From positions 31,863 through 95,862 of the forward strand of contig CALVOW010000001.1 in NCBI GenBank assembly GCA_944350445.1: DNA of 64,000 bases, written 5' to 3'. The notes beneath the pieces are model-generated. The model was not told where the DNA came from, ran no database searches, and saw only the letters and a list, made by a program, of their open reading frames with translations. Source of the stretch: an uncultured Bacilli bacterium. Its GTDB lineage: Bacteria; Bacillota_I; Bacilli_A; RF39; UBA660. The position numbers were made by a program, and so were the translations under genes. Each line of letters opens with the position of its first letter. Within the stretch, counting starts at the first letter, position 1. Of the stretch, positions 59,719-64,000 are shown piece after piece.

Positions 59719-61134
59719 TTAAGAAATTTTTTCTATTTTCATAAAATCCGTATTTTTATTATTCAAAGGCAGACCGCCGGTAATAATTACAATATCACCA
59801 ATTTTATAATCCATAATTTCTTTATATTTATTAATACATTCTTTTATAATATCATCGGTTGCATCATATTTTTTAACAAGAACTGGAATAATACCATAAT
59901 TTAGAGTTAAAGATTTAACGGTATTAATATTTGGACTAAGACCTAAGATAGGACTTTTTGGTCGAAAATAACTTATTTTTCTAGCTGTATAACCACTCAT
60001 CGTATTAGCTAAAATACAACTAGCATTTAAATTAATACCAGCATCAACAACCGAATAAGCAATCGTTGAGGTTATATCTTTATTTCCATATGCAAAAGTT
60101 TTTTCTAAATTTTCTTTATAAGGAAAATTATTTTCAGCTTCAAAGATTATTCTTTTCATAACTTCAAGACAAGCGATAGGATTTTCTCCAATTGCAGTCT
60201 CAGCCCCTAAAACTAAACCATCAACTTTATCTAAAACAGCATTATAAATATCTAACACTTCTGATCTTGATGGTTCTTTTTCACCTCGCATACTTTTTAA
60301 TAAATCCGTTGAAACTAAACCTATTTTTTGGTGCCTATTAGCCATTTTAATTATTTCTTTTTGATAAAATGGAAGTTTTTCAATGGAAACATTAAGTCCT
60401 AAATCACCTCTAGCTACTAATACTCCATCACTAACCTTTAATATCTCTTCTAAATTGGAATAAGCATATTCATTTTCAATCTTAGCAATTAAAGATATAT
60501 GGTCATTTCCATTTTCAATTAATAAATCAACCACACTTAAAATATCTTGTTCATCACGAACATATGACAAAGCTAAAAAATCAACATCATTTTTAATTGC
60601 ATATAAAATGTTTTTTTGATCATTTTCATTTAAAAATGGAAGTTTTAAAGAAGCCCCTTTAATATGAACAGGTTGATTACTTTCAATATATCCAGCATCA
60701 ATTACTTTACATATAAAATTATCATCTTTTATATCTATTACTTTTAATTTAACATTACCTGCTCCCAAAACAATAACATCATCTAATTTAACAAGTTCCA
60801 CTAAATTTTGATAATCGGTAGAAAGTTGGGTATTATTACAAACAACATGATAATTATAAAGTCGAATTTCTTTATTAAGCGGTAAAAATACTTTTTCTTC
60901 TTTTAATTTATCAAGTCTAATGCTAGGACCGGGAATATCTAACATAATTCCAATTATTTTATCCAATTTCAAAGAAGCCTCACGAATTTTTTTTAATAAA
61001 TCATCACATTCTTTAAAACTTAGATAATTTAAATTAATTTGAAAAACATCAACTCCCAAATCAATCATATTAAAAATTACTTGATAATCACTAGTACTTG
61101 GTCCTAAACTAGCTATAATTTTCGATTTCTTCAT
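59719..61134 (-). CDS. pyk: Pyruvate kinase
   Basis: MKKSKIIASLGPSTSD… PK barrel, no PEP-utilizer tail. The start is taken at the second ATG, which is preceded by GAGGGAA and overlaps the dnaE 3' end. The ORF-track start is at 61146. Confidence 0.85.
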   Translation of the reverse strand: MKKSKIIASLGPSTSDYQVIFNMIDLGVDVFQINLNYLSFKECDDLLKKIREASLKLDKIIGIMLDIPGPSIRLDKLKEEKVFLPLNKEIRLYNYHVVCNNTQLSTDYQNLVELVKLDDVIVLGAGNVKLKVIDIKDDNFICKVIDAGYIESNQPVHIKGASLKLPFLNENDQKNILYAIKNDVDFLALSYVRDEQDILSVVDLLIENGNDHISLIAKIENEYAYSNLEEILKVSDGVLVARGDLGLNVSIEKLPFYQKEIIKMANRHQKIGLVSTDLLKSMRGEKEPSRSEVLDIYNAVLDKVDGLVLGAETAIGENPIACLEVMKRIIFEAENNFPYKENLEKTFAYGNKDITSTIAYSVVDAGINLNASCILANTMSGYTARKISYFRPKSPILGLSPNINTVKSLTLNYGIIPVLVKKYDATDDIIKECINKYKEIMDYKIGDIVIITGGLPLNNKNTDFMKIEKIS

Positions 61135-64000
61135 ATTCCCTCGCATTCAATTTCCAAAGTTTGGAAACAATTATTTGATAAGTACCATTTCTTTTTTCAA
61201 CTTTCCCAAATATTTTTACAATATCTCCTTTTTGAATAGTAAAATATTTTTCATACTCCTTTGGAAAAACTGTAAAATCTCTTTGCATCTCTTCATCACT
61301 TCCCAAGATAAACATCATTTTATCACCATTTTTGGTCGTAATTTCTTTTATTTTTTCAACTAAAACGATGACATTTATAAACTTATTAAAATATTTTTCA
61401 ACATCAATTAAATTTATAATATCTCTTTCTTTTTGTTTATAACTAAATGTTGGATGATTGGTTATATAAAAACCATACAATTCTTTTTCAAGTTCAATTA
61501 AATAAGCTAAATCATATTCATCTTCGTTTATTATTTCGGGTTTTAATACAAATTCTTTGTCTAAATCCTTACATAAACTAGCATAGTTTAATAAACTATC
61601 TAAATTATTTATTAAAGTCTTTCTAGTATAATTAAAGGTATCAAAACAACCAGCTTTAATCAAGATTTCTAAAATACTTTTGGTTAAATCACAAGTAGCA
61701 AAGAAATCATAAATATCTTGACAATTTTTTTGATTTACTATAATTTTATCACAAATAATTTTACTAATTCCTTTAATAATATTAAATGGAGCAATTATCT
61801 TATTACCAATAATTTTATAAGTACAATCACTTATCGTAATATCCGGTTTTAAAATCTCTAAGCCATATTTTTTTAATTCATAAATATAATCTTTGGTTTT
61901 GGTAGTATCCGAAATAACACTATTTAAAAGGCTAACATAAAAATATTTTTGATAATGAGCCTTTAAATAAGCCATTTTGTAAGATACCATCGTATAAGCA
62001 ATACTATGACTTTTATTAAAACCATAAGAGGCAAATTTTAAAATTAAATCATAAATTTTTAGAGCTAATTCTTTTTTGTAACCTTTTTTTAAAGCACCGG
62101 AAATAAATTTTTCTTTTTCATTTTCGAAAACTTCTTTTTTCTTTTTGGACATAGCTCGTCTTAAAATATCAGCTTCTCCTAAGGTATAACCAGCAATAAT
62201 AGAAGCTATTTGCATGATTTGTTCTTGATAAATAATAATTCCGTAAGTAGATTTTAAAACAGGTTCTAATTCCTTAGTAAAATAATTAATACTTTCCAAC
62301 CCTTCTTTTCTTTTAATGAATGAAGGAATACTACCAGCTGGACCTGGTCTATAAAGAGCAATAGCATTAGCTAAATCTTCAAAATTATTTGGTTTTAATT
62401 CTTTTAAAAAACTTTTCATTCCACTACTTTCAAATTGAAAGATACCATTAGTATCCCCATTTTGAAATAATTCAATTGTTTTTTGATCATTTAAGGGAAT
62501 ATTTTTAAAATCAATTTTAATATTTTCCGTTTTTAAAACATTATCAATAATTTCCATAATTGTGGTTAAATTTTTGATTCCTAAAAAATCCATTTTTAAA
62601 AGACCTAAATCTTCTAAAAAACTTGCTTCATAACCTGCTATATATTGCTTAGTTCCTTCATCATAAACCAAAGGACATAGATTATCAAGTTCTAAATTAG
62701 AAATCAAAATACCAGCGGCATGAGTTGAAGTATGTCTTTTAATTCCTTCAACTTGAATGGCTACTTCCATTAATTTTTTAATTTTATTATCTTTGGAAAT
62801 TATTGCTTGCAAACGCTTATCTTCTTTAATTAAATCTTTTAAACTATTCTTTCTACTACCAATTATTTTACTAATTTGATCAATATCGGGTATAGGAATA
62901 TTCATAACTCTTCCAATATCCCGAATACACATCTTAGCTCCCATCGTTCCAAAAGTAATAATGTTAGAAACATGTTTTTTTCCATATTTTAAATTAACAT
63001 ATTCAATTACTTTATCACGATAAATATCTGGAAAATCTGTATCAATATCTGGCATAGTAACTCGTTCACTATTTAAAAATCTTTCAAACAATAAATCATA
63101 TTTTAAAGGATCAATATCAGTAATTCCCAAAGTATAACTAACTAATGATCCAGCCGCCGAACCTCTTCCAGGTCCAACTAAAATTCCGGAATTCTTAGCA
63201 TATTTAATAAAATCATAAACAACTAAAAAATAATTAGCAAACCCCATTTTAATAATAACATCTAATTCATATTTTAATCTTTCTAAATACTTATTATCTA
63301 ACTTTCCTCCTAATCTTTTTTGAAGGCCTTTATAAGATAAATTAGTTAAATAACTGTTAGCATCAATTGTTTTGTCATAAATAGCTAAATTAAGAGAATA
63401 CTTTGGAAGTTGAAAATTACAAAGACTTGCTAATTTAAAAGTATTTAAACAAGCCAAAGATTCTTCTTGCTTTTTATAATAACAATCCTTTTTATATTCA
63501 TAATCATTGGCAATTGTCAAATTATCCCGAAGTAATTCTAAATATTTTAAAGTTTCATAAGCATTTTCTTCTTTATATAAAATTTTTTTAATATAAATAA
63601 CATTTTCTAAATCTTTATTTTCTTCATTTAAAGGATAAAATATATCTTCATAAATTAAATCAATATCTTTTAAAGGAATACAAATTAAATTATCTTTATA
63701 AGTTAAAAAATCTTCTTTAGTTAATTCTCTTTCAGTTTTAATTGTTACAAGTTTTAATAAATTTTGATAGCCCTGATAATTTTTAGCAAATAAAAGGCGA
63801 TCTTTTAAATCAAGTCCAATAATAGGTTTAATATGATTCTTTTCACAACATCTAATAAAATCCATGACTCCAAACATATTATCATCACAAATAGCCATAC
63901 TATCTAAGTTATTTTCCAAAGCAATATTAATTAAATCTTCAACTTCAAGTAAACTTGATAAAAAAGTATAAGTTGTTTTATTAAAAAGTGGTATATACAT
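61109..64000 (-). CDS. dnaE: DNA polymerase III alpha subunit (DnaE-type, 963 aa) with a degenerate N-terminal PHP domain
   Basis: Pol III alpha palm/fingers motifs (…GPGRGSAAGSLVSYTLGITDIDP…) and a C-terminal OB fold. The N-terminus MYIPLFNKTTYTF lacks the PHP His residues. The ATG is at the window end. Confidence 0.85.
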   Translation of the reverse strand: MYIPLFNKTTYTFLSSLLEVEDLINIALENNLDSMAICDDNMFGVMDFIRCCEKNHIKPIIGLDLKDRLLFAKNYQGYQNLLKLVTIKTERELTKEDFLTYKDNLICIPLKDIDLIYEDIFYPLNEENKDLENVIYIKKILYKEENAYETLKYLELLRDNLTIANDYEYKKDCYYKKQEESLACLNTFKLASLCNFQLPKYSLNLAIYDKTIDANSYLTNLSYKGLQKRLGGKLDNKYLERLKYELDVIIKMGFANYFLVVYDFIKYAKNSGILVGPGRGSAAGSLVSYTLGITDIDPLKYDLLFERFLNSERVTMPDIDTDFPDIYRDKVIEYVNLKYGKKHVSNIITFGTMGAKMCIRDIGRVMNIPIPDIDQISKIIGSRKNSLKDLIKEDKRLQAIISKDNKIKKLMEVAIQVEGIKRHTSTHAAGILISNLELDNLCPLVYDEGTKQYIAGYEASFLEDLGLLKMDFLGIKNLTTIMEIIDNVLKTENIKIDFKNIPLNDQKTIELFQNGDTNGIFQFESSGMKSFLKELKPNNFEDLANAIALYRPGPAGSIPSFIKRKEGLESINYFTKELEPVLKSTYGIIIYQEQIMQIASIIAGYTLGEADILRRAMSKKKKEVFENEKEKFISGALKKGYKKELALKIYDLILKFASYGFNKSHSIAYTMVSYKMAYLKAHYQKYFYVSLLNSVISDTTKTKDYIYELKKYGLEILKPDITISDCTYKIIGNKIIAPFNIIKGISKIICDKIIVNQKNCQDIYDFFATCDLTKSILEILIKAGCFDTFNYTRKTLINNLDSLLNYASLCKDLDKEFVLKPEIINEDEYDLAYLIELEKELYGFYITNHPTFSYKQKERDIINLIDVEKYFNKFINVIVLVEKIKEITTKNGDKMMFILGSDEEMQRDFTVFPKEYEKYFTIQKGDIVKIFGKVEKRNGTYQIIVSKLWKLNAREYEEIENYS

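Noticed and set aside
1-64000. Mollicutes genetic code 4 (UGA=Trp) given the AT-richness
   Set aside because: Long conserved genes (mraY, nrdD, ftsK, thrS) are uninterrupted under the standard code and contain TGG Trp. TGA is used as a terminator (for example the P2 stop at 15104..15106). Cell-wall synthesis genes are present.
1-64000. CRISPR arrays, tRNA/rRNA genes, prophage or IS elements
   Set aside because: No regularly spaced direct repeats and no tRNA-like GC-rich cloverleaf segments were found. No integrase, terminase, capsid or transposase-like ORFs were found apart from the Rpn-family nuclease, which is not a bona fide IS transposase.

Overview
The window is a 64 kb chromosomal segment from a very AT-rich (about 25-28% GC) low-GC Gram-positive-type bacterium that uses the standard genetic code. 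The evidence for the standard code is that long Trp-containing ORFs are intact, TGA is used as a stop codon, and peptidoglycan genes (mraY, murF, ddl, ftsW) are present. The gene order dnaB ... thrS with a T-box leader is as in Bacilli/Erysipelotrichia-like Firmicutes.

Most of the window is densely packed housekeeping DNA, mainly on the minus strand: prsA-like, secG, rimM-trmD, ftsW, mraY, thrS, dnaB-like, ftsK, nrdDG, rmuC, rnj, gpmI, ddl, murF, trmL, a sensor kinase, tsf, rpsB, rplT-rpmI-infC, a SpoIVFA/FB-like protease pair, pyk and dnaE. No rRNA, tRNA, CRISPR array, integrase or transposase gene was seen.

The accessory content stands out in five places:
- A secreted protein (26515..28407) has two CLec/DUF1566-like modules. 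The distal loop of each module is encoded by a sharply GC-rich patch dominated by NNC/AAC/TAC codons, which resembles the variable regions of diversity-generating retroelements. No reverse transcriptase or template repeat is in the window.
- Four proteins share a roughly 60-aa two-helix membrane module. In three signal-peptide paralogs it is C-terminal; in a SleB-like cell-wall hydrolase it is N-terminal. Two of the paralogs arose by a tandem duplication that also copied the dnaB 3' tail and the thrS promoter.
- A diverged RelA/SpoT-type small alarmone synthetase-like gene sits with a small downstream ORF next to ftsK.
- Two tandem, partly gene-converted VanZ-fusion paralogs lie behind a membrane-anchored XRE regulator.
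- An ABC transporter locus includes a small secreted protein.

Regulatory RNAs are readable directly: a Thr-specific T-box upstream of thrS, and an infC leader with an attenuator hairpin and a probable non-AUG start.
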